NCBI GenBank assembly: GCA_012295275.1
Contig: CM022671.1
Span: forward strand, 35,650,001-35,714,000
Reading direction: 5' to 3'
From: Chrysomallon squamiferum
Taxonomy: Eukaryota; Animalia; Mollusca
DNA: 64,000 nucleotides
The translations under genes were made by a program, and so were the position numbers. A model generated the notes under the pieces. The model searched no databases. It was given only the letters and a program-made list of their open reading frames with translations, and was not told the DNA's origin. Positions 12,011 to 30,000 of this stretch are shown one piece after another (position 1 is the stretch's first letter; the number at the start of each line of letters is the position of its first letter).

Positions 12011-14026
12011 GATTAAAATATGATAAAAAAATAACAGAAACATATTAATAAAAAATAATATAAAAGAATGTATACTAATAATAACTATAAATAAACATAA
12101 ATACACACACCCACCCACACACACATATACAGTGGTACCTCGACTTACGAGTGCCCTAAAATACGAGTTTTCCGAGTTACAAGCAATAGCTTGGTCGAAT
12201 TTTTGCTCTGAGTTGCGAGCCAAAATCAGAGTTACAAGCGAGCTTCAGATACGCCGCCGCTAGTTGGCGCAACGAACAACACAACATCCAGCCAGCATCC
12301 CGCGTCTCATTCGTTTACTTCACATGGTTACCTGGTCGAAGAGGCATGTCTGTTGTCTTGTGTTCGCGTTTTGTGCAGTATTTTACCAAATTTCATTTTT
12401 CTGACCATGGATCGTAAGAAAGTGAATGCAAAAGACAGTGCTGAGAAGAAGAAACGGATGATGTCCATTGACTTAAAACATAAAATGACTGAAAAACATC
12501 TAGTCGACTTGGCTAGGCAGTAGTATTTTTATGTTATGTACCATACTGAAGCAGAAGGAGTCGATAAAGGCTGCAACTCCAGCCAGTGGCGTTAGAATAT
12601 TTTGTCTGATTTCCAAGATAAATACACTTTACAAAACCAATTTATTTCTTTACATTCTCTTTTATTATTATTATTTTTTTTTATATACAATATTTGTCAT
12701 TTATAAATACATTTTTCTTATTTAAAAACACGTTACAAAAAAATAAAAAAATAAAAAAATAATAATAAAATGGGGTGGTTTTTGGGGGCTGGAACGGATT
12801 AATGGTAATTCAGTTAATTTCAGTTGGGAAAATTGATTTGGTCACGGAACGAATTATACTCGCAAGTCAAGATACCACTGTACTTATAAACGAAAGAATA
12901 TGCAAAAACAACCCTTAATAAATATAGAAAAACGCACTAAGTCTTAATCTAATTAGAGACAAACTTTTCAAAATTACTCACATCATTTTTAACAGTCACT
13001 GCATACCACACATCACCGTCAGATTCCACAGACTGACCCGTGGTCATCACACACTCGTTTTTGGCTAGATAGGTCACTCTCTGGGCTCTCCAGCTGGCTG
13101 TAACATTAAAATATAGGTACAGCTTTCAAAACATATATAGATTAGTTAAAATTAACATAAAACTTTCATGTCTGTCTGACTGTCAAACGGCTCCTTATCA
13201 CAGATAATGGAGAAGAGTTAAATCCTGATTTCTTCTAAGATGCAAAACATCTTTAAAATTAATCAGGTTTCAAAATGTTGCTGAATCTAACACAATTTAA
13301 AGTATTTGCATGCATCATCGTCATCATCTTTGTTTATTATTATTTTTATTCAATAAACATGGACCAGTTATACTGAACATGTATTTTATAATACTGTTAA
13401 AATATTTTATGTCAATTGTTTATTGGTAGTAACTGATTATAATGATACACCATTTTTTTTCTTGATATACAGTCTTTATAATAGCAACAGACAGGCAGAA
13501 AATAACTGCAGATATCCCATCTATCATTCTTAATAATTTTGTATCGTTAATTTCAAATTTTGTCTTCATATATATCGCAGAATGGGAAGAAGCGCATTGA
13601 ACTAAGCAGTCAAGAAGCCATTTTTATATCTCAGATATCTAGATGAGATTCTTATTATCTGGCAACACTCTAAAAATGAATTTTGGAACTTTCTTGAATT
13701 ATTAAATCAACAAAATGATAATATAAAACTCAAAGCCACAATATCAGATCAGACGCCAGATTTTTTTGGATGACACAATTTACAAAGGTATAAAGTTTAA
13801 TGTCGGAGTTTACAGAGTTGTCAGAATTCCCGTCTTTTTAGAAATGCTTACTCCTTTGCCATAGTTTGCAACTACAAAAATTAATAATTATGTATATACA
13901 CTCACGTGCATTCAAGGCGTCAACAAAGGCTTCAGTAACGCACACGCACGTCCCATAAGGGAGACGTCTGTCTGTCAAAGCGAAAGTCGCTTGGATTAGA
14001 AAGAAAATACCAACTACGGCCAACAT
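11190..14026 (-). CDS. Small secreted Cys-containing protein with a bacterial-type SH3 (SH3b/SH3_3-like) domain
   Basis: Exons 14026-13906 (GTGAG donor, phase 1), 13097-12982 (GTGAGT donor, phase 0) and 11261-11190 (alternative acceptor 11246) join in frame: MLAVVGIFFLIQATFA-LTDRRLPYGTCVCVTEAFVDALNAPSWRAQRVTYLAKNECVMTTGQSVESDGDVWYAVTVKND(EIKQQ)TLWTSGRFLKVANSSTLC*. The N-terminus is signal-peptide-like. Motif spacing matches SH3b (V-T..V..x-x-P-S..V..L..G..DG..WY.V....W.SG.FL). Confidence 0.78.
12130..12880 (+). mobile_element. Internally deleted Tigger/pogo-family (Tc1/mariner superfamily) DNA transposon
   Basis: Left TIR cagtggtacctcgacttacgag vs reverse complement of the right end cagtggtatcttgacttgcgag (19/22 identical), flanked by TA on both sides. 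Relic transposase N-terminus from 12407: MDRKKVNAKDSAEKKKRMMSIDLKHKMTEKH..LVDLARQ*..CTILKQKESIKA (CENP-B-type HTH). Confidence 0.9.
13570..13790 (+). mobile_element. Penelope-like retroelement reverse transcriptase fragment
   Basis: With frameshifts, translates to YIAEWEEA..YLRYLDEILIIWQHSKNEFWNFLELLNQQNDNIKLKATISDQTPDF(L)DDTIYKG, matching the PLE RT core RYLDDIFIIW...IKL....DFLD. Confidence 0.8.
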
Positions 14027-14347
14027 GATGCTCGGTGTGTTATCACGCCGTTTATCTGCTTCAAGAGGCTGATACAGGTTTCTCTTTTACCTTTTATTCG
14101 GCTCGTTATCTCACGCGTTTTCAGCTTGGTAAATACAGGCGTTTCGGTATTTAATTTGTACAACGTCATCAAATCAATTATTATGTAATTTATTGCACAT
14201 TTCGGAAACAAACTTTAGATTCAAGTGTCAATGCACTTTCTATTTCCAGACGTGTGAATCAGTCAATAAGAATGTTTAAAATAAACTCACCTTTCATTAA
14301 TTATATTTGTATCTTACTTGGACGTTTGGAATTTAGTCAATCATGAA

Positions 14348-14397
<50 letters not shown>

Positions 14398-15828
14398 GTA
14401 GAAACAAAATAACGGCCACTCCTACGGAAAGCATGTTCACGTGATACTTGTGTTCAAACTACATACACTGTTTTTTTAGACATAAAATCTCAAGCATGTA
14501 ACGAGCATGTTCACTGCATTATCAGCACCTGTGTCGTAACAAAAATTTCAGTCAGCTGTTTGAACCGTGCTTCTCTGAAGTGAAAATTCAGGCAGGTTTC
14601 TGAACAGCAGAGGTTTTCAATCTTTTGTCTTGGAGAAAATATTTGATTGAAATTTACTCCTTTCCAGATACCATGGGAGAGAGCAGTTTCAGTTAATATC
14701 TGAGCGAAATGTGCACAATGCTTTAATTGGAGAAAATATAATACAAAATTAAAATTTATGAGGGTCGGGTAAGGATGGTTATCATTCTTTAAATGGCCTT
14801 CTATACAAGTATTATTTATAATTTTTGCATCCGCCATTAATATATTTTGCTCGTGTATCTGTTGGTGACCACCACCCAGTGAATAACCCAGGAGTACGCT
14901 TATATCCACAGTTTAAAATCCTCTGCCCTGGAGAGACCAGATGCATTGGCTGTACGCTAAGTACATTGTTTGCATTAGTGTATTAGAAAGTTATGGTTAT
15001 CGCACAAGGGTCATTCAACTTCATTCTCAACCCGATAGAAATAAAGAAACGTTTTCTATACATCTATCTTTTTATAGTTTCAGTGAAACCAAAATATTCA
15101 ATTAATTAAATCTATTACTTTTTAAATTATTACAGTTAAACACAGGAAATCGAAATCATAGTGCAAACAGATAAATATATTTGTGTATATCCAACTGATT
15201 GTTTTAAATGTTTTTGAAAACCAGTGCTACCTAACAGGAATATAGTATCGTGTCAATGTTGATTTGTGAATTCTTCCATTTTCCTGTAGTTTTTGACACT
15301 TTACAAAATTATACTTGTTTATACTTTTATATAATATCACACAGGCACACACGTACAAAGATGGTTAACTCATTCTAATTTATAAAACATTTGGCAGAAT
15401 TTTCTTTACATTAAATAATAAATTCCAAATCATTTATCATTTCAACGCTACATAATAATAAACTTTTTGGTTTTTCTCTTACTCTAAATGGGGTTCAATT
15501 CACGCATGCTCTGTATGACATTTCCTAAATCAAATCGGCTCCCCTCTAGTAAAACTGTGTAAAAACGACCCACCCATTCTCAACAAGTGGATGTTTGCTC
15601 GAAAACAGACATGTTAAGTGTCAAAACAATGCTATCGACCTTACCACGCGAATGACGCTATTCATCACAGATAAATGAATTTACTACGTCACAGACCTTA
15701 TCGTGTGACTAATCCAAAACTCACTGGAAATAAAATTCTGATTAAAACAGAAGACAGATTATTGACATGTAGTTTATATAATAAATAGTATTAAACGTTT
15801 AAACAACATTTAATTAACAATAACATTT

Positions 15829-15871
<43 letters not shown>

Positions 15872-16101
15872 CCAACCATCATTATTATCAAAGACCAAAA
15901 CTATAATCCGCTAAAAATAATTTGAGAAATAAAAATGATTTTGTTTTAAGTTCGTGCACAATTGTATTTTTATTATTTTTTGTGTTCCAAGTTAAGAAAC
16001 ACAAACATGATTTCATTAAATAAAAGACTATATGTATATATTAAATTATTCTGTAAGCGTAATATTTAAAAACATAAATTTTGATTCATTTGATAAAAGG
16101 T

Positions 16102-16149
<48 letters not shown>

Positions 16150-17599
16150 TAGATGTCAGTGGAATACAGAGATTGTCAAAAATAATTAATCTCGACTTGT
16201 AATAATAACAGTAACTTGCAACATTATATATTTTATAAATCATTAAAAATCCTTATATACTTCTGTTATCATTAATACAACAAAACATGCACTCTATTGT
16301 AAGCCAACTGACCGAGGTTAAATTGAATATCCCTGTTAAAAAAATTTAAAAGTGTAATATCGATGTTATTTTCGTTTCTCTTGTATTCTAGTAATCAGTC
16401 GAATATTAGTAATCTAACGTTAAATAACTGTTTTTGTTTGGTAGTTGTTTTGTTTGTTTTTCTTAGTATTTATCGTGGAATTACTCTGTATATGTATGGT
16501 TTTAAGCATCTTCAAAAATTAAATTTAGTTTTAACAAAATGGAGGAATAAACGGAACACAGAAGAATAAAACTCAACATCTAACAACGCTGTGCTAAAAA
16601 GTCATCCGTTCTGTTAGAGATGCCAAACCTTACAAGTAAATCGTTTAATTTTGTGTGTGTATGTATGTGTGTGTTTTATATGTTTTTATTATGCTATTTT
16701 CCCCATTTATTACCACTGATATATTTTACGTAATTTTACAATAGAAAATAGATTATATTAATAATAATAGCAAAAGGTTGACAGTCAAAAATAGTATGGG
16801 GACTTTACTTTTACTTTTTAATAAAAAGTGTTCTTTTTTTTTTTTTTTTTTTCTCTTTTTAGTTTATTTTTGGAAATATTAACGCTTTTTTATAAACCAT
16901 TTTACTGAAAAGATTATAAATTAAATAATTTTTTCTTTATTAGTATGTTTTAATAAGAGAAAGTTGTATTTGTTTTTATTATTATTAATATTAAATAGTA
17001 AATTAGATATTATGTTCTTTTAAATGGAATTAATAAATACATTACTATTCTAGTTATTTTTTTTTTTTTTTATGTTAATTAAGTTTCACGTGTTTCTTCT
17101 TTTGGTTTCATCATTTTTTTAATGCTGACCACTATTGTTGATGCAAATGAAATTATTGTTATTGATACAAAACATTTTCTATTTATTTATTTATTTATTT
17201 ATTTAAATATCATATTAAATTAAAGGTATATTACAACCAATATTAGTTATCATTACAGTTAATAAAAAAACATTGTTAGTAGTGAAACCTCCTGTTAAAA
17301 TTTCAATAAAATTATTTTATATAAAACTGATCGATATCAAAATTAATGTATTAAATGTAATCCAGAATTATGTTGTTGTTGTTGTTGTTGTTGTTAAATA
17401 TCTAACCATAATTTTTATAATTGTGTATCAGATTCTGAATATCAGGTGCCGTCCACTCCAATATAGATACTTATCAGGAATAAGTTTAAATCTTACCAAA
17501 CTTGATAAAGTTACTGATAAATGAACTTTTCATTAGTTGTAATATTATTTGGAGAATGGTTCTTTCATGTTCTCTTAGCCCTGTCAGGAAGTAAGATCT

Positions 17600-17801
17600 G
17601 ATTGGTCATGGCAGCCCGATGATAGGGCTTTGAAAGCGCAGACTTGTTTATATTCAACTTCGCTAAGTCTGGCTTTGAAGCATTTTGGATTATGGAACTG
17701 ATTTGATGAACGATAGGGTTTGTGAGCATTAGCACGTACTTCCGTTTTTATCCCGTCAGTCGTGTCGTGGCATGGTTGGTTTGTTTATGTTTGCCAACGA
17801 T
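17600..17801 (+). promoter_or_regulatory. Probable GMPPB promoter and non-coding first exon
   Basis: Local CpG enrichment, inverted CCAAT (ATTGG 17601), ETS-like ACTTCCG (17738-17744) and GTAAGT donor at 17802. The next acceptor (18457) precedes the ATG exon. Confidence 0.55.
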
Positions 17802-18244
17802 GTAAGTTTTATACCGGTTTGTAATTACGAAATGATTTTAGATTATCTGAACATATTAGATAAGAAAAATAATTTGGGTACTGAAATTAATTCTTAGTAG
17901 TGTTTTGTTTTTTTTGGTAAGAAATTGTTAAGAGATAAAAATTGAAGCTAAATAGTTTTGACAGATATTAATTATAATGTTAGAGATTCATAAATGATAA
18001 ACTGATCACACGTTTCACAGTAGTCGATACTAAGTACAGTAGCAGCCGACACAGATAGCGAATTGCATCATCTGATACATAACTAAAATATATAATTAAT
18101 TTTCATTAATATTTATATTCATAATATTGTGAGTTATTTCTAATAACAAATAAAATGTTATAATATTATTACTATTATCATTATGAACTTCAATCTTTCT
18201 GATTTTTAGTGCATTTTCCCTTCTTTTTTTACTTTTGGTAAGTT

Positions 18245-18275
<31 letters not shown>

Positions 18276-18295
18276 TTGAAATAAAAATAAAATCT

Positions 18296-18328
<33 letters not shown>

Positions 18329-18432
18329 TAAAAGAAATATTTATTTTGTTTTCTTGATAAAGATATAATATGTAACTTCATGTTTTTTTTTTTTTTTTTT
18401 TTTTTCTTTTTTTTTTTTCTGTTATTACCTAA

Positions 18433-23511
<5,079 letters not shown>

Positions 23512-26500
23512 CAAACAAGTGCCTGCACCGATAGGTCACACTGCATTCTCAATAAAGTGATGAACATTCTACATTGAGACCAGGCTATAGTTTCAAAAGC
23601 TGTAACCAGATTTTACATGATAAAGTAACTGTGGTATAAAAATAACGATCAAACTTTGGTTTTATCAGAAATCAATATGCATAATGTCAAAAATATCAAA
23701 CACCTAATTTTTATAAACTGTTTCATTTTAACAGTGAAAGGTCTAATTTAAAAGGTTTCTGAAAATAAAATATGATACTAGTGACCAACAACAATACATC
23801 AAATAAAACTTTCAAAAATAGTTAAATGTATTTATAATATCACTGAACTAAGGTTGTTGATATTTTTGACAAAGGAATTGTGCAATTATTAAATTGATTG
23901 AGTTGATATGCATTCCTCACTATATTTGTTTCTTCAAACAATTAGCCAAAAGTTAATTAAAACCAAAATTTGAAAAGATTCATTTTCATTTTTCTTTTTA
24001 AAAATGTTCTATGCATATTTGTGTATATGTGAATACAATTCTTTCTGTTAATTGTATAGATCTGTTTTTATTTAAAATAAGTTGTTGTTTAGTAACTAAA
24101 TAGCATTTAGCAGTTTTGTAAATAAATTATTTCAATAAACATGTCAATATTTATATAGAAATTTAAAAAAAGTTTAATTTCACTGGAATACCTGTTGAAA
24201 ATTTTTGGCAAATTTTTTTTTTTTTTTTTTTTTTTGTGGGCTTTGCAAAGGCTTTTAATTGCTATATTATATTGGTTTGAATTTTCCCGAAAATGTGTGG
24301 ATCTTAATAGAGAATATGTGTAGTTATATTTTAACTTTATTTGTAATATTAATACAGATGCTTTATTAATAAAGTTGTTTACTTGGCTGGTTAAAGAGAC
24401 TGTATACAAATTCCATTTAACTTGTGATGCAGTGGTAAGATGTGATACTGACTTCTTCAAAATTTAGGAGCAAGATAGACATAGTTTAACCTTTATGGAA
24501 CTCTATAAATATGTGGGAATTAAACTGTTTTTTTTTTTTTTGGGGGTGGGGGTCCCTCCTACATAATCCAAACCAAGTAGATATAATAGTCAGTATTTAA
24601 TAGTACTTAATTAACAGACGCTTTAACAGATTTAATATAAAACAGATCTTTGTTGAACCTGGCATGAGATGAACAATAATTACAACTTTTTAAACAGAAA
24701 ATATCTGTATAAACAAAACTAAAAGTTACATTTGAAAATATTTATTGTCAAATAATATATCCTTGATGTTAGTCATGTTTCTTGTTGTTGAAGTTTTGTC
24801 CAGACAACTTACATTATGCAGAGGTCATATTTGTTTTTTAATGTTACTCTTTGCAATAACACTTTAATGAAATGTTCAACAAGCAATAGAGGCAGCAATA
24901 TTTCACTTTGAAAATTGTTTTCCATTCATGTTGTTGAATGGTGGTTGTGTCATTGCTTATTTTTGTCTTTTATGTTCTTATTATTTTTTTAATATTAATT
25001 GCTTCCACCTGAAGGATTAAACAAATATTTTTTAATTTTTAATAATAAAACTTTTTGAATGAAATGTAATGTTGAAATAAATTTTCACGTTTGTTTCTTA
25101 AAAACTGCATCCAACATTCATGATGAATTTCAAAAAAAAAAAAAAAAATAACCATTACAAAGTATTCAGTTCTTGATACCATCTGTTTTTAGAGATGTAT
25201 TAGCTTTAATTATATCATCATCTCAAAAATTATTTTCATTTCATTAATTCCATTACTGTCTGAATATGTCCAGTAGTGAGATACATTGAGAGTATTTTGG
25301 CATTCAGTTCTTTACTGGAAGCATGAAAATTGTCATGTTACTTTTTAAAAAATGCCTTCATTCTTTTATTTTATAATCTTTTTTTTCCCTTTGTTTTTAA
25401 ATGTGTGTATGTGTATGTGTATGTATATATTGTATTTTTGTAAATACTGAACTGATGATATCTAATCACACAAAAATGACTTGTATAAATGAGATGCAGC
25501 AGTTTGTGATATTGTATGGGTTCTTTAACAGATTTTTGTTATTGAAATTAACTTTGTCTTGAGTTTAATTTTAATAACCAAAGTTTTATATATATATATA
25601 TATATAAAAAAAAAAAAATTTTAAATAAATTATACAACAATATTCCTCATTTTTACTTATTGCTCATATATAAAGTAATAAAGGAATGAACTCACTATTA
25701 TTTATAATCAGACATTTTATTGTTTTAATAAATATGAAGACCAGATATTGAATCTATTTTATTTTTAATTTACCCAATCTTTTCAACGTAACATTTTATG
25801 TATGAACTTAGTAAGAATATTAGACATTTTGGATATTTAATTTTCAGATTAATGAGATAATGATTTTTGTTTATGCTTCCATAAAATTGTACTCCTGATA
25901 ATAATACACTTCTAACTTCAGCTTTATATTTGTAATAAATAATTCACATAAAATTTTTAGTAACTAGTTACAGTGCAATTACAACTGAATATCATTAGCA
26001 TTGCTAATTTAGTTATTTATTTTTTGAATTCATCTTCTTAACTTTAAACTGGACATTTTTAAATTAGTTCTGTATACATAAAGTATATTTTTTATACATA
26101 TATTTATTTTCACAGTCTGTGTATATATGTGGGATTCACAATAAATGAAAAATGAAAAATTTTGACTTATATTTTAGTTTATTATTTCCATATATTTTAC
26201 AAATTGTTGATGAAACTATGTGCTGTTTTTTCTTCAAAGGGATTTTAAGAGATTTAAAAAAGAAATTTCATCCTTAATTAATAATTTACAAACACAGCCA
26301 GTAACAGATCACCTTTTGTTTGACTTCAGCTGCAAGTCACAATTTTCATCATTAAAAAAAAAAATAATTGGACTTTTGCAGTGATAAATATGGCAATTAT
26401 TTTGAAATAAATTATCTGTAATTTTTTTTCATTACTAATGTTATGTGCTTTGAATATGAAATTAATGTGATAAACATGATTTAGTGTACATTTATTTTAT

Positions 26501-27039
26501 AAGACATTTTTCCTTACATTTTTTTTTTTTACAATTTAAAGAAAAAAAAAAAATCGTTGTCCTAATACAACAGCAAACATAATAAACATTGATTTTTATT
26601 ACAAGTGTAATGTAATCTTTAGCTAACCTAGCCTTTCCGTGAACATAGCTTGTTCAAAATTTATCAAGGCTTAAGAATGCAGAAACTAACACAGTACTTA
26701 ATTGCTATAAACCATAAACACACATCTGTTTCTGAAACACAGGGATTAGTCATGCTGACTAATAATCAGATAACACGCTTTTATTGAATACCACGTTTCT
26801 GTAACATATCTGCCTTTACACTGATTTAATGACATTAATTTCTTGATTTACTATATCTGTGAATGCTGAAATTCCTAGGTTTGTTTACTATGAACGCATA
26901 CTTTTGAAATGTTTACCTGTTAAAATGAATGACGTCGTCTCTGATGAAGTATCGTAGAAGAGATTAAGAATACAACACATTTTTGTACAAAGATAAAGTG
27001 TAACAGTGTTTATTGACTTTGTGAGGTCTTTTGACATTC

Positions 27040-30000
27040 TCAAGTGAAATCTGTTTCAAAACTGTAATCATCATTGGCACTGCTGGGTTTAAACGCATTT
27101 ATCAGAGCATCGGAGAGATGCGAAGCAACAGCATCTTAAAAAAAATATATATTTTAAAAATTACGAATTTTTTAAAAGTATAATAAAAGAAATGCAACTA
27201 TTACCTCAAAATTTTGGCAAATGGAAATACAGTTTTTGTTTTTTTGGCATATGTTTAAGTAAATTCATAGCTATTTTTCTTCAAAATACTAAACTGTCAA
27301 AATTGTTCACACTTGTTAAGTACAAATAGCCATTTATAAAAGTCACTGCATTAATGATTTCATGTTATCCTGAAAAAGGATAAATTAATCAAGCAAATAT
27401 AAAATGATAAAAATGTAAATACCTGCTCTTTTTCTTTCGTTTTTTCATCTTCTTAAACTGCTGTTTTCTTTCTTTGTTTAGCTGAAGAATGTCAGTCACT
27501 TTGTCATTGGTAACCTTTGACACTTTGTCCTTCTTACTTTGAAGACTTTTTGCAGAACTGATGGCCGAAGCTGATCTTGTAGTTGGTAAAGAAATTGTCA
27601 TTTCTTTTGGCTGTGACAAGACATTGAGAATAAAATACTATTTAGTTGTGTGATTTAAATATTTAATAAGCTGCTGTAATTAATTAAGTGATAATAACTG
27701 TGACAAATTAAGTTTTGAAATGTAGTACCTAAATGTTTCTTAAGAATATTATATTTTAAATAAGAATGTAAAATATTCAATTCCGATTTAAAGTGATGCT
27801 AAAAAAACCCCACCAAAATAGCAAAAACAATTAACTAAAAATATGTACATACCCACCTGCAAAATATAATGCAAAAAGAAAACATCAATTCTGTAATAAT
27901 TCAAAACTAAAATGGATATAATAATTACCAAACTCTCATTGCCAGAATTCTCTTCCATATCTTCCTCATCTTCCATGTCTTCATCTACATCCTCTTCCTC
28001 CTCTTCAACATCATCTTCAATACTAGTTTCTACAGGCAGATCAGACTCATCTACAACAACACTCAGTGGACCCATTGATTCCACCAGTATGTGATCAGCT
28101 GTTTTTGGTTTTAAATCTGAACAGAAATCACATTTACTTAATGAATAATTAACATGAAATTAGTTCCTTACTTCATTATAATACATATTTAACCCAAATA
28201 ACTTTCTAAAAATTATTTTTAAGCACACATAAAAACAATGTAATATTTTATGAAGGTTCTATACAAAAACACAAATAATTATACATTTTTTAAAATATTT
28301 TAATACAAATTTATATTTTAAAAGAAATTCAGACCAACTCAAAAAACGATAAAATAATAAAATATTCTTATAATAATCTTACAATACCAATTCTTTTACA
28401 CACACACACACACACACACACAGATGGATAGATGCAGTATTTAATATTTTTATGATTCTTAAACAACTGTTATTTCTTGTATTTTTGTCAGTACTTACTT
28501 TGTAAACAAGCTGTTTCATCGTCTTTGATCAAATCCAGGTTAAAAGATTTTCCCATTTCCGAGACAATTTCTGCACTGATGTGTGAAGGTAAACTGTTTT
28601 GCTCTGGTGGATGTGTGAAATATGTTATTCTACCACTGAAAAAACAACAACAACATAAAATATTTTTATTTTAAAACTCATCTTCAAATAATAAAAAGAA
28701 AATACGAAAATAATTTCAGAGAAATAAAGCACATATGTTTTATGACAATTCATTTCATGATAATTATTTCTGCAAGCCTTTTATACTATAACTAAACACA
28801 AAACAAATTGTTTAGATAAATGCAATTATTTAAGAAATAAAAAATAATAAAAATGTGAAATTTAAAAAATGTATTGTTTTTACCTCATCCAGTCATTGAG
28901 CACCATTCTGGCAGCTTTGTTTACATCAGGGATCCCTCCTTTCTTTAGTTTTCCCAGTCTTGTAGCAAGCAACGAAAGAAATTCATGTATGTCTTTGTAA
29001 TCAGCCACATTATAATGTAGCATCATCTGCAAGTAGGAAACATGTTTACATTGTCAACTGGACAAACAGAACTTTCATTAATGGGAACAGTAAACAGCTT
29101 AAATCAATTGTTTCCTAAATTCAGGACTAACTGTTGCTGATAACAATGAAGTGAAGGTTTGTGAAGGCTGACATTTTTCATATTTCAAACAGAAATCTCA
29201 ATATACAAATTAAGACACTGGAGGACATTCTTGATTTTAGTTAAGTTAGGTTCTTTTGTAGCATTTTTTTTTAATTTTGTTTTTTAATTTTTATTAAAAA
29301 AAAAATAACACCACATTTTGATATTATAAATAAAATAAAATTACTCGCAATGCACTGAAAACTGTTCAGATCATTCTCTAAACAATCTTTTTATTTTTTA
29401 ATAATTAACAAAAATTAAAAATAAAATAAAGTAAAAACAAATTAAAAAAATAAAATAAATGTTTTCACTACCTGTTGTTTATTGCAACGTTTTAAAATGG
29501 CTTCTACTGGTTCAGCTGGATCTGCAACTGTTTCGAGCTGTTATTAAAATAAAATTATTTTTTATTTTCTAAAATTTTATTAACATTATTTCTTTTGTAA
29601 AATTTGGTTAATTAAAGTACAATGCCAACAATAAAATACCACACTGATTATATCTAATTTCTCCATTGGTTTTTATATTTTTATTTTTTTTAAATTTAAT
29701 ATTATCTTAATATTTAATCTGATTATAAATTTATCATTACTGTGAGTAGTGAGATTTACATTAACAGTTCCACAAAATTATTTCTATGTTTACTTTCTAA
29801 TTAAATTAGTAAACTATTCAGTAAAAATTAATAAAAATATTTATAAAACAACAATTAAAATATATATTTTTTTTTAAATAAAATGTATGAAATAATAATA
29901 ATTTAAAAAATCATTAACTATGAAATTTATAATCTAACAGATTGCATCTTTATTAGCTTGATAATGTATATATAAAATTAGAGCACGAAATAATATTTTT

